DNA from: an uncultured delta proteobacterium
GTDB taxonomy: Bacteria; Myxococcota_A; UBA9160; SMWR01
Direction: 5' to 3'
DNA: 64,000 nucleotides
Assembly: GCA_963832165.1 (NCBI GenBank)
Contig: CAWHTE010000004.1
Coordinates: forward strand, 448,001-512,000
Shown here: positions 53,777 to 64,000 of the stretch, in pieces
How the letters are laid out: each line of letters starts with the position of its first letter
Position numbering within the stretch: the stretch's first letter is position 1
Translations under genes and position numbers: made by a program
Notes under the pieces: generated by a model
The model's database searches: none
Seen by the model: the letters and a program-made list of their open reading frames with translations, nothing else
Told to the model about the DNA's origin: nothing

Positions 53777-54436
53777 CTAGGCGCGCGCGAGGCCGCGCAG
53801 CACGATCGCGACGATCGCGTCGGTGGTCGCCTTCGGCGATGCCTGGAGGCGCGGGATCACGCGCGGGCGCGAGAAGAACAGCCCGAGCCCGCCGAGCACG
53901 AGCGCGAGCGCACCCGTGTCGACGGGATCGATCTGGCGCTCGGCAACCGCGCGTTCGAGCAGGTGCTCGGTCACCGCGGTGACGTAGTTCGCGTGTGCGT
54001 TGGTGATCTCGGCGGCGCCGGGCACGGTCGCGAGCTTGCGCGCGAAGGCCTCGGTCGTGGGGGCGACCGCGATCGTCGCCGCCTCGAGATAGGCGCGCAG
54101 TGCCGTGAGCGCGTCCATGTCGGGCTCGATCGCGGCCATCGCGGCGCGGCCGATCCGATGCAGCCGGCGGTCGATCACGGTGAGCAGCAGCGCGTCCTTG
54201 CGCGGCGCGAGCGCGTAGAGCGTGCGCAGCGAGCAGTTCACGCGCGCGGCGAGCTGCGCCATCGTGAGCTCGGCGAAGCCGTCCTGCATCGCTAGCGTTT
54301 CGAGCGCGTCGAGGATCTCGCGCTGGCGGCGGCTGAGCCCGCGCTCGACCTCGGCCGGGAGGAGCGGCCGCGGCGCGCGCACGCGCGGGATCGCGCGCGC
54401 GGAAGGCCGCCGCGCCGGTGCGGCCTGTGCGCTCAC
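53777..54436 (-). CDS. TetR-family transcriptional regulator
   Basis: DGFAELTMAQLAARVNCSLRTLYALAPRKDALL helix-turn-helix. Confidence 0.88.
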   Translation of the reverse strand: MSAQAAPARRPSARAIPRVRAPRPLLPAEVERGLSRRQREILDALETLAMQDGFAELTMAQLAARVNCSLRTLYALAPRKDALLLTVIDRRLHRIGRAAMAAIEPDMDALTALRAYLEAATIAVAPTTEAFARKLATVPGAAEITNAHANYVTAVTEHLLERAVAERQIDPVDTGALALVLGGLGLFFSRPRVIPRLQASPKATTDAIVAIVLRGLARA

Positions 54437-56199
54437 GACAGCAGCGCCTGCGGCAGCTCCACGACGCGCGCGCGCAGCCACTCGCCGAGGCTCTTGGCCT
54501 GCGGGTCCTGGCGCGTCGAGGCCGCGACGCCCTCCTCGAGCAGTCCGTGGATCACGAAGTTGAGCGAGCGCAGCGCGGGCAGGCGATGGCGGTCGACCGG
54601 GAAGGCCGCCACCTCGGGCAGGAGCGCGCGCAGCCGCTCCGTGGTCAGGAACGCGTCGAGCCACGCCCACGCGGCGTCGCTGCGCGCGAACACACCCAGG
54701 TTCGCGTTGCCGCCCTTGTCGCCCGAGCGCGCGCCGGCCACGCGGCCGAGCGGAGCGCGAGCGGTCGGGCCGCCGGGCACGGACGCACCCGGACCCGGCG
54801 CGGACTGCACCGAGACCGGCGGGCGCGGGACCACCGACGACACCTCGCGCGGCTCGCCGCCCAGGAGCACGACCTGCTGCGGCGCCACCTCGGCGGGCAC
54901 GCACGCGGGCTCGGTACACACCGAAGGGTCGCCCCTCACCGGGTCCGCCGCCCACGCCGAAGAAGCCCGGGATCGTCGCGAGCCCGAGCTCGATCACCGC
55001 GTTCGAGAACGCGCGCCCGACCTTGCTCCTCGTCGGGGTCCTTCACGCTGAGCTGCAGGATCGCGACCGCCTGCTCGTTGCTCTCGGGGTCCGCCTTGTC
55101 GGTGCGGGTCAGGCGCGTCGTGACGCTGCGCGAAATCCTCGGGAGCGTACGGGCATGCCAGCCAGAACGCCTCTTCGATGAGCTTGGCCTTCGCCTCGAT
55201 GTCGAGGCCCGTGAGACACACGCTCGATGTCGTTGCGGAAGCCGCCGGGCTCGGTTGATGCACACCTTGAGCGTCGGCGGCGGCGGCTCGCCGCGGATGC
55301 CGTACATGCGCACGCGGTCGGGTCCGATCTGCTCGAGCTGGATCGTGTCGAAGCGCGTTGTCACGTCGGGCCCGAGGTACTGGGGCCCGCCGATCTCGTA
55401 GAGCAGCTGCGACGTGACCGTGCCGATCGACACCTCGCCGCCCGTGCCGTCGTGCTTGCCGATCACGGACGAGCCGTCGGCCGCGATCTCGGCCCACGGG
55501 AACCCCGTGCGCGCCATGCCCGGCACCTCGGTGAAGAACGAGTAGTTGCCGCCGGTGGCCTGGGTGCCGCACTCGATCACGTGGCCGGCCGACGACCGCG
55601 CCCGCGAGCGCGTCCCAGTCGGTCGCGCGACCAGCCGTGGTGCCACGCGGCCGGGCCGCAGACCACGGCCGCGTCGGTGACGCGGCCGGTGATCGACGAT
55701 GTCGGCACCGCGCTCGAGCGCCTCCGCAATGCCCCAGCAGCCGAAGTAGGCGTTGGCGGTGAGGAACGCGGACGCGTCCTTGATCGGCTCGCCGGTCTCG
55801 AAGTGGGTGAGCTCGGTCGCCGGCGATCAGCTCCGCCATGCGCGGCAGGAGGTCGTCGCCGCGCACGTACGCGATCACGGGGTGCAGCCCGAGCTTGTCG
55901 GCGACCTGCGGCGACCGCCTCGGCGCAGCCGTCGGGATCGAGCCCGCCCGCGTTCGAGACCACCTTGATCCCGCGGTCGAGGCACGTGCCCATCACCTGC
56001 TCCATCTGGGTGACGAAGCTGCGCGCATAGCCCCCGCCGGGCCGCTTGAGCGCGTGCGGGCGAGGATCAGCATCGTGAGCTCGGCGAGCCAGTCGCCCGT
56101 GAGCACGTCGATCGGGCCGCCCTCGACCATCTCCTTGGCCGCCGAGAGGCGGTCGCCGAAGAAGCCCGAGCAGTTCGCGATCCGTATCGGTTTCGCCAT
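54433..56199 (-). CDS. atuA: Acyclic terpene utilization AtuA (DUF1446) family protein (many frameshifts)
   Basis: IRIANCSGFFGDR, GDWLAELTMLIL, ITGRVTD, GHVIECGTQATGGNY, ARSGDKGGNANLG and DPQAKSLGE, spread across frames. Confidence 0.85.
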
Positions 56200-58154
56200 C
56201 ACGCTTCTCCCGCGCCATCGGCCTCGACCACGAGCAGCACCGCGCCGCTCTCGACCTGGTCGCCCACCGCCACGCGCACCTCGGCGCACCACGCCGTCGG
56301 CTCGGTCGCGCTCATCGGGTGCTCCATCTTCATCGCCTCGAGCACCACGAGCGTCTGTCCGGCCGCGACCGGTCGCCCACCGCGACGCGCACGTCGAGCA
56401 CCATGCCGGGCATGCGCGCGACGAATCCGCCCGCCGCTGACGCTTGCCCGGGCATCGCGAAGCGCGGCGCGACGTCGAGGTCGACGTCGCCGCGCGGGGT
56501 GCCGCACGAGAATGCGCTCCCCGTGCTGCGTGATGCGCGCGCGGATCCGCCGGCCGTCGATCTCGGCGTCGATCGCGTCGCGCGACCACGCGTGCACGCG
56601 CGCGTGTGTACCGTCGCCGACAGCGGAAGCGGCCGTCCCGCAGCGCGGCGATAGGAGACGGCGATCGTCGCTACCGCGAAACTCGAGGACCACGCGCTGA
56701 TCGGGCAGGCGCGCGTTGCGCCAGCCGCTCGGGATCGCCGCGAGCACCACCGCGTCGGCGCGGTTGCGGCCCTGGACCCAGAGCGCCGCGAGCTGCGCTG
56801 CGCGTTCGAGCTCTTCGCCCGTGAGCTCGAGCGCGCGCGGGGGCGCGACCCGCTCGATGAAGTCGGTCGTGGTGTCGCCGGCGAGGAACGCCGGTCTGCG
56901 CAGCACCGCGACCAGGAAGTCCCGGTTGGTCGTGACCCCGCCGAGGTGCAGCCGCTCGAGGGCGAGCGCGAGCCGGCCCGCGGCCTCGGCGCGCGTGGGC
57001 GCGTGCGCGATCACCTTCGCGAGCATCGGGTCGAAGTCGACGCCGACGCGCCGAGCCCGTCGCGACGCCCGCATCCCAGCGCACGGCGGGCGTCGTCCGC
57101 GGGCTCGAATGCGGCGAGCGTGCCCGTCGCGGGCAGGAACCCGTCCGCGGGATCCTCGGCGTACAGGCGCACCTCGATCGCGTGCGCCGCGAGAACGCGA
57201 TGTCGGCCTGCGCATAGCCGAGCGGCTCGCCCGCGGCGATGCGCAGCTGCTCGCGCACGAGATCGATGCCCGTGACCGCCTCGGTCACGGGGTGCTCGAC
57301 CTGGAGGCGCGTGTTCACCTCGAGGAAGAAGAACTCACCGCGTCGCGTCGTCGACGAGGAACTCGACCGTGCCGGCCGACTCGTAGTCGATCGCGCGCGC
57401 CGAGCCGCAGCGCGGCGTCGCCCATGCGCGCGCGCAGCGCCGTCGTCGACGACGCGGGGACGGCGACTCCTCGACGATCTTCTGGTGGCGGCGCTGGATC
57501 GAGCACTCGCGCTCGCCGAGGTGCACGAGGTTGCCGTGGCGATCGCCGAGGATCTGGATCTCGACGTGGCGCGCGCGCGACACGTAGCGCTCGAGGAAGA
57601 CGCGGTCGTCGCCGAAGCCGCCCGCGGCCTCGCGGCGCGCCGCGGCCACCGCCTCGGCGCAGCTCCGCGGCCGAGCGCACGACGCGCATGCCCTTGCCGC
57701 CGCCGCCCGCGGCCGCCTTGACCAGCAGCGGGTAGCCGATCGCATCACCGGCAGTCGGATCCCCCGAGCCGGGCAGCGTCGGCACGCCGGCCTCGCTCGG
57801 CGAGCGCCTTGGCGGCGAGCTTGTCGCCCATGCGCTCGATCGCCTCGGGCGGCGGCCCGACCCAGACCAGCCCGGCTTCCGCGACGGCGGCGCAAACGCG
57901 GCGTTCTCGGACAGGAAGCCGTAGCCCGGGTGGATCGCATCGGCGCCGCTCGCGCGCGCGGCGTCGAGGATCGCCTTGCCGTCGAGGTAGCTGGTCGCGA
58001 GCCGCACCGCCTCGTCGGCATCCGACACGTACGGCGCCGCGGCGTCGGCGTCGACGTAGACCGCGACGCAGCGGATCCCCATCGCGCGCGCGCTGCGGAT
58101 CACGCGGCGCGCGATCTCGCCCCGGTTGGCGACGAGCAGCGTCGAGAAGCTCAC
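56199..58154 (-). CDS. Biotin carboxylase / biotin carrier subunit of an acyl-CoA carboxylase (AtuF/AccA2-like; many frameshifts)
   Basis: [52 protein letters not shown] and EAMKM. Confidence 0.9.
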
Positions 58155-59827
58155 AGCCGGAACACTCCGTAGCCGGCCGCGCCCGCGATCGGGTTGCTGC
58201 GCACGACCGAGAGGCAGATCCCGAGCACGGTGCGCGTGTCGCGCGGATCGATGATCCCGTCGTCGCTGATCGCGCCGGTCGCCTCGAGCGCGAGCGACCC
58301 GCGCTCCTGCTTCGCCTCGACGGCGGCGACGGATCTTGGCGTCCTCGTCCTCGTCGAACGGCTCGCCTTTCCGCGCGGCCTGGCCGCGGCGCACGATCGA
58401 CATCACGCCCGCGATCTGCTTGCGGCCCATCACGGCGATCTTCGCCGTGGGCCAGAGGAACGTGAAGCGGTTGTCGAACGCGCGGCCGCGACATGCCGTA
58501 GGTGCCGGCGCCGTAGGACGCGCCGATGATCACGGTGATGTGCGGCACGGTCGAGTTGGTGACCGCGTTGATCATCTGCGAGCCCTTCTTGATGATGCCG
58601 GCCTGCTCGAAGTCCGGCCCACCATGTAGCCGGTGATGTTCTGCAGGAACAGCAGCGGCACGTCGATCTGGTTGCAGAGCTGGATGAAGTGGGCCGCCTT
58701 CTCGGCCGACTCGGGGTAGAGCACGCCGTTGTTGCCGAGGATGCCGACCGGGTAGCCGTGGATGCTCGACCCAGCCGCAGACGAGCGTCGGTGCCGTAGC
58801 GCGGCTTGAACTCCTCGAAGCGCGAGCCGTCGACGATCCGGGCGATCACGTCGCGGACGTCGACGGGCTGGCGCAGGTCGCGGCTGACGATGCCGAGCAG
58901 CTCCTCGGGGTCGAGCACGGGCTCGTCGGCGCGCAGGGACGGCGGCGGGCCCTGCCTTGCGCCAGTTCAGGTGCGAGACCACCTCGCGGCACAGCCGGAT
59001 CGCGTCGCGCTCGTCCTCGGCGAGGTAGTCGCCGAGGCCCGACATCTCGGCGTGCATCTGCGCGCCGCCGAGCGTCTCGTCGTCGCGAATCCTCGCCCGT
59101 GGCCATCTTCACGAGCGGCGGGCCGGCGAGGAAGATCTTCGACTGCTCGCGGATCACGATGTTGTAGTCGGACATGCCGGGCTGATAGGCGCCGCCGGCC
59201 GTCGACGAGCCGAACACCACGCACACGGTCGGGATCCGCAGCTTCGAGAGCTCGATCATCTCGTAGAAGAAGCGGCCGGTCTCGGCGAAGTGGTCGGTCT
59301 GCGCGCCGCCGGCCACGCGCGTGCCGCTCTTCTTGTCGTCGTCGTCGACGTCCATGCGCAGGTCGGCGCCGGCCGACTCGACGAAGCTGACGTAGGGGAT
59401 GCGGTTGTCGCGCGCGATCTCGAGCGCGCGCATCCACTTCTTGCTCGCGTAGGGCGTGAGCGCGCCGCCGAGCACGGTGGGGTCGTTGCCGATGATCACG
59501 CACTCGGTGCCCGCGATCACGCCGATCCCGCACGACCAGCGCCGCCGCCGATCGTGTAGTCGAGTTGTAGGCCGGCGAGCGGGCTGATCTCGAGGAACGG
59601 GCTGTCGGGGTCGAGCGCGAGCGCGATCCGCTCGCGGACGGGCAGCTTGCCGCGCTTGGCGAGCCGCGCCGTGGTGCTCGGGGCCGCCGCCGGCCTCGGC
59701 CTGGTCGAGCAGGCGCGTCGATCTCGGCGAGCTTCTCGACCATCGCGGTGCGGTTCTCGGCGAACTCGGGTGTGCGCGGGTCGAGCGTGGAGCGCAGGGG
59801 CGGCGCGAGCAGGGGGGGTGTGTGCAT
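58151..59827 (-). CDS. Acyl-CoA carboxylase carboxyltransferase subunit (AtuC/AccD2-like; many frameshifts)
   Basis: [52 protein letters not shown] and GASYGAG. Confidence 0.9.
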
Positions 59828-59877
59828 TGACAGATCCATAACGCTTCCGGTAACAATAGGCAATCGAAATTACCCCC

Positions 59878-60672
59878 ATGCTGATCGAGGCCACCGACTT
59901 CCGCGCCGAGGCCGACGAGCTCCACGCGTTCCTCCGCACTCTCGGCGAACGCGACTGGAGCCGGCCGACGACGTTCCAGCGCTGGACGCCCTGGGACGTG
60001 GTCGCGCACCTGCATCTCTACGATCAGGTCTCGCTCGCGTCGCTCGCGGGTGGAGAGGCCTTTGCCGCCGAGCGCAGTCGGCTCGTTCGGGACGATCGCG
60101 AAGGGCGCGACCAACGCCGAGCTTGCGCGCGAGAGATTCGGCGCGCTCGGCGCGTCCAGCTGCTCTCGCACTGGATCGACGGTGCGCGCTCGCTCGCAGC
60201 GCAGCTCGGCGAGAGCGATCCGAAGCGGCGCCTGCCCTGGTTCGGGCCCGACATGGGCGTGCGCATGTTCACGACGGCGCGCCTCATGGAGACCTGGGCG
60301 CACGGCCAGGAGGTCTACGACCTCATGCGCGTCGAGCGCGCGCACACCGACCGCCTGCGCCACATCGCCGAGATCGGCGTGCGCACGTTCGCGTGGACGT
60401 TCGTGAACCGGAAGCTCGAGGTGCCCGGCCCGCCGCCCTACGTGCGCCTCGTCGCGCCCTCGGGCGCGGTCTGGGAGTGGAACGAGCCGAGCGAGACGAG
60501 CCGCGTGACGGGCACCGCGGTCGACTTCTGCCGTACCGTGACCCAGGTGCGCAACGCCGCGGACACCGGGCTCGAAGTGGTCGGCGACGTCGCGACGCGC
60601 TGGATGGCGATCGCGCAGTGCTTCGCGGGCGGAGCCACCGACCCGCCCAAGCCGGGAGAACGCGCCGGATGA
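59878..60672 (+). CDS. TIGR03084-family (DinB/MDMPI-like) metal-binding protein
   Basis: WTPWDVVAHL, LPWFGPDMG...TARLMETWAHGQ and WMAIAQCFAG; probable compensating frameshifts at about 60085-60155. Confidence 0.85.
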   Translation: MLIEATDFRAEADELHAFLRTLGERDWSRPTTFQRWTPWDVVAHLHLYDQVSLASLAGGEAFAAERSRLVRDDREGRDQRRACAREIRRARRVQLLSHWIDGARSLAAQLGESDPKRRLPWFGPDMGVRMFTTARLMETWAHGQEVYDLMRVERAHTDRLRHIAEIGVRTFAWTFVNRKLEVPGPPPYVRLVAPSGAVWEWNEPSETSRVTGTAVDFCRTVTQVRNAADTGLEVVGDVATRWMAIAQCFAGGATDPPKPGERAG

Positions 60673-61860
60673 ATCTGGAATTCGGCCCGCAATACGAGGA
60701 GTTCCGCGCTGGAGTTCGCGCGTTTCTCGAGAAACACAAGGGCGACCGGTCGACCAGCAGTCTGATCGATATGTCGGCCGCAGAGCGCTCGCGCTGGCTC
60801 TCGCTGCTGATCGAGCACGGCTACTGGGCGCGCACGATCCCGAAACAGTATGGGGGCCACGGCGCCGAGCCCGATCTGCTCACGACCGTGATCATGGACG
60901 AGGAGTTCAACCGCGCGGGCGTGTCGCGCGGGCTCAACGCGCAGGGGCCCTCGATGCTCGTGCCCACGCTGCTCGAGCACGGCACCGAGGAGCAGAAGCA
61001 GCGCTGGATCGGCCCGACGATGCGCGGCGAGGTGATCTGGTGCCAGGGCTATTCCGAGCCGGGCTCGGGCAGCGACCTCGCGAGCCTCACGACCTCGGCG
61101 CGCGAGGACGGCAGCGACTTCCTGATCAACGGCCAGAAGATCTGGACCAGCACCGCGGACAAGTTCGCAGATGATGTTCGTGCTCGTGCGCACGGAGCCC
61201 GCCGCGCCCAAGCACTCCGGCATCTCGTACATCCTCCTGCCGATGGAAACGCCCGGCATCGAGGTGCGGCCGCTCGAGACGATGTCGGGCGCGATCGGCG
61301 AGAACTCGTTCAACCAGGTGTTCTTCCGCGACGTGCGCGTGCCGCAGGCGAACGTGGTGGGCAAGCGCGGCGAGGGCTGGAAGATCGCGAACACCACGCT
61401 CACGCACGAGCGCGCGAGCCTGAACTCGAACGCCGAGGGCCTCCTGCTGCGCCTGGTCAAGCTCATGCGCAAGGAGACCGTCGACGGTGTGCCCGCGATC
61501 GCGAGCCCGGTCTACCGCGATCGCCTGCTGCGCCTCCAGTCGCGCGCGCTCGCGATGAAGCACCACAGCATGCGCCTGCTCACGTGCGGCCTGAAGGGCG
61601 AATCGCCCGGGGTCGCGGGGCTCGTCGTGAAGCTCCAGAACTGTCAGCTCAGCTTCGACATCGCCGCGCTCGCGATCGACGTGATGGGCGAGCTCGGCAG
61701 CCTGTACGAGCACGCGAAGTACGAGCGCGAGAAGGGCTTCTGGCATGCGCACTCGTTCTTCGCGCTCGGGCTGATCATCGGCGGCGGCACCGCGCAGATC
61801 CAGAAGAACATCATCGCGGAGCGCGGGCTCGGCCTGCCGCGCGAGCCCAAGGCTTCGTAG
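60669..61860 (+). CDS. Acyl-CoA dehydrogenase, long subunit (frameshift near 61165)
   Basis: WCQGYSEPGSGSDLASL, NGQKIWTS and IGGGTAQIQKNIIAERGLGLPRE. Confidence 0.9.
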
Positions 61861-61927
61861 GGCGGAAATCCCGCCATCCTTTTCCGGGCGGCGGATGGCG
61901 GGATCCGCTGCGCTCCTCCCGCCCTAC
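61857..61927. repeat. GTAG-type REP doublet (REPIN-like), copy 2
   Basis: GTAGGGCGGAAATCCCGCCATCC...GGATGGCGGGATCCGCTGCGCTCCTCCCGCCCTAC; same arms as the copy at 18006. Confidence 0.8.
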
Positions 61928-61943
61928 AAGAAGTGGACACACT

Positions 61944-63031
61944 ATGGATTTCGGGCTCTCGGAAGATCAGCGTCTGCTCGGAGCAGAGCGTGCGCAGCTT
62001 CCTGCGCGACCGCGTGCCGATCACGCGCGTGCGCGAGCTGCGCGACGCCGATTGTCCGAACGACCGCGCGATCTGGCGCGGCCTCGCCGAGCTGGGCGCG
62101 GCCGGGATCCTCGTTCCCGAGGCGCACGGTGGGAGCGGTCTCGGCCTGCTCGACGCCGCACTCGTCGCGGAGTCGCTCGGCCACGCCGCGGCGCCGAGTC
62201 CGTTCCTGTCGACCGCCGTGATCGCGCCGGTTGCGCTCGGCTGCGCTGCCGGGCGCAGACGCGAAGGCGTGGCTCGAGGGAATCGCGTCCGGCGAGCTCG
62301 TGATGGGCGCCGCGCTCACCGAGCTGTTCTCGATCCGCGAGGGCGCGGGCGTTTCCGACGCGGGCGGCGTGCTGCGCGGCAAGGCGCTCATGGCGCTCGA
62401 TGCGCACGGTGCGGATCGCATACTGATCCCGATCGGAGCCGACCGGCTCGCCGTGGTGCGCACGGATGCCGCGGAGCTCACGATCACGCGGCTCGCGACG
62501 ATCGACGCCACGCGCTGCACGGCCGAGGTGACGCTCGACGGTGTCGCGCCCGAGGCCGTGCTCGACGGCGCGGGCGCCGCGATCGCGCGCGCGCTCGACG
62601 CAGGCCGCATCGCGCTCGCGGCCGACGCGCTAGGCGCGTGCGAGGCGATGATCGAGCAGTCGGTCGCCTACGCGCAGCAGCGCAAGCAGTTCGGGCGCGC
62701 GATCGGCTCGTTCCAGGCCGTGAAGCACATGTGCGCCGAGATGATCGCGGCGCTCGAGCCCGCGCGGTCGCTGCTCTGGTACGCCGCGCACAGCTTCGAC
62801 GCGCTGCCCGACGAGGCGCCGCAGATGGCCTGCCACGTGCTCGAGCACGTCTCCGAGATCGGTCGCGAGATCGCGAGCACGGCTACGCAGGTGCACGGCG
62901 GAATCGGCTGGACCGACGAGCAGAATCTGCACTTCTGGTTCAAGCGCATCGCGGTCGCGCGCCATCTGCTGGGCGGGCCCGAGCTCCTGCGCGAGCGCGC
63001 GGCGGAGCTCCAGGGGCTCATTCCGGCTTGA
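61944..63031 (+). CDS. Acyl-CoA dehydrogenase, short subunit (frameshifts near 61980 and 62245)
   Basis: MDFGLSEDQ, RKQFGRAIGSFQAVKH and HGGIGWTDEQNLHFWFKR. Confidence 0.88.
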
Positions 63032-63040
63032 GGCAGGGTC

Positions 63041-63316
63041 CTAGCGCCTGCTTCGACTCGACTCGCCGAACGCTTCGGTAACACGCTCGAACGAAAGCTC
63101 GGCGCGTCGGGCCGCCTCGCGCACGTGCTCGGCCGTCTCGGCTTCGTAGAGGTGGAAGCAGATCTCGTCTTCGGGGACGAAGATCGACCGGAGATAGCGG
63201 ACCGGTGTTCCCTCGCGCGTCAGCTTTTGCGCCGCGCGCCTGGCATTTACGGCCCCGCGGTCGACCGCGGCGCCATCGGTGCGCGCGACATAGAGCTCGA
63301 CCAGGAATTCAGCCAT
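63041..63316 (-). CDS. Small DUF4242-like protein
   Basis: FLVELYV...VRYLRSIFVPEDEICFHLYEA...V pattern, downstream of a LuxR gene. Confidence 0.7.
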   Translation of the reverse strand: MAEFLVELYVARTDGAAVDRGAVNARRAAQKLTREGTPVRYLRSIFVPEDEICFHLYEAETAEHVREAARRAELSFERVTEAFGESSRSRR

Positions 63317-63400
63317 GGACGCACGGTACGCCCGATCCGAGCCCGACCGAAATAACGGAAACCCTCAATTTGGAGGCTTCGGGCCAGTGTCGGGGAATGC

Positions 63401-64000
63401 CTAGTGCGCGGTGCGCAGCCGTTCCGCCAGGCGAGCGCGCGAGTGCACGCCGAGCTTCGCATAGGCGTGGGAGAGGTGGACTTCGACCGTGTGCACGCTC
63501 ACGAAGAGCGCCGCCGCGATCTCCTTGTTCGAGAGGCCACCGGCCGCGAGCTCCGCGACGCGCCGCTCGCTTGCGCTGAGCTCTCCCGCCGACCGGGGTT
63601 GGCGACCGCCGACGCGGTCGAGCTCGCTCCGAGCGCGCTCCGCCCAGAGCTTTGCGCCCATGCGCTCGAACTCGGCGAGCGCCTCCGCGAGAGTGCGTCT
63701 TGCATCCGCCCGCCGTCGCAGACGGCGCTCGACGATGCCCTTCACGAGGAGGGTCCGGGCGCGCTCGAAGGGCAGCTCGAAGCGGTCGTGGTCGGTCAGC
63801 GTGGCGTCGAGCATCGCCAGGGCGCTCGCTGGGTCGCCGCGTGCGGCGAGCAGAAGAGCCCGGCAGCGACCGCGGGTCGTGAGTGCCCAGCTCTGCTCGG
63901 ACGCGCCACCGGGAGCTTCGAGCGCGTCGAGGATCGCCTCGGTGCGATCGAGCTGGCCGAGCCCCACGAGCGCCTCGAGCGAGTCCGGCAGATGCATCAA
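63401..64000 (-). CDS. LuxR-family (MalT-like) regulator, C-terminal part
   Basis: PFERARTLL...LWAERARSEL, then LSASERRVAELAAGGLSNKEIAAALFVSVHTVEVHLSHAYAKLGV; runs off the window. Confidence 0.92.
   Translation of the reverse strand: MMHLPDSLEALVGLGQLDRTEAILDALEAPGGASEQSWALTTRGRCRALLLAARGDPASALAMLDATLTDHDRFELPFERARTLLVKGIVERRLRRRADARRTLAEALAEFERMGAKLWAERARSELDRVGGRQPRSAGELSASERRVAELAAGGLSNKEIAAALFVSVHTVEVHLSHAYAKLGVHSRARLAERLRTAH

Noticed and set aside
59827..59857. Sigma70 promoter TTGACA...TAACAA for the TIGR03084 gene
   Set aside because: Perfect -35 but weak -10, and it overlaps the divergent start codon; too uncertain to list as a feature.
3094..63031. Calling the roughly 20 frameshifted genes pseudogenes or programmed frameshifts
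   Set aside because: Breaks are scattered single-base indels in unrelated, motif-intact genes, which fits long-read error. I saw no recurring slippery site.
1..64000. CRISPR or other spaced repeat arrays, rRNA, tRNA
   Set aside because: No regularly spaced direct repeats, cas genes or structural RNA signatures were seen by eye. The corrupted tract cannot be assessed.

Overview
High-GC bacterial DNA, very rich in CGCG, TCGA and GATC words. The host is probably a Gram-negative, Myxococcota/deltaproteobacteria-like organism; this is inferred from an OprO/P porin, a sigma54 activator and a CheB-CheR fusion, and is not proven. Many otherwise intact genes carry single-base frameshifts, so the window looks like uncorrected long-read sequence. 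Left to right: (1) sulfate ABC operon (porin-sbp-cysT-cysW-cysA), divergent from a sigma54 enhancer-binding protein; (2) secretin-like protein, AI-2E transporter, Na+/H+ antiporter-USP fusion, hydrolase and lipoproteins; (3) a ~19 kb lipid/steroid catabolic region with four acyl-CoA synthetases, a thiolase/OB-fold pair, an ipdA-ipdB-echA20-fadE-fadE-fadA6-fadE-SDR steroid C/D-ring operon and a ketosteroid-dehydrogenase-like flavoprotein; (4) CheB/CheR-PAS, histidine kinase and NarL-type regulator; (5) MpaB-family oxygenase, an HNH nuclease with a duplicated DUF222-like module, and an IS91-like transposase tail; (6) a ~4.9 kb tract (40535-45415) where + strand cytosines are almost entirely, then partly, replaced by T; (7) YCII/ECF sigma, GST, YqeY, esterase, methyltransferase and an orphan SBP-SCO-cupredoxin module; (8) an atu-like carboxylase cluster, acyl-CoA dehydrogenases and a partial LuxR gene. 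Two GTAG-type REP doublets are present. I saw no rRNA, tRNA or CRISPR array. The most striking signal is the strand-specific C-to-T tract. A basecalling artefact is its most likely explanation, but processive single-strand deamination or base modification cannot be excluded from sequence alone.
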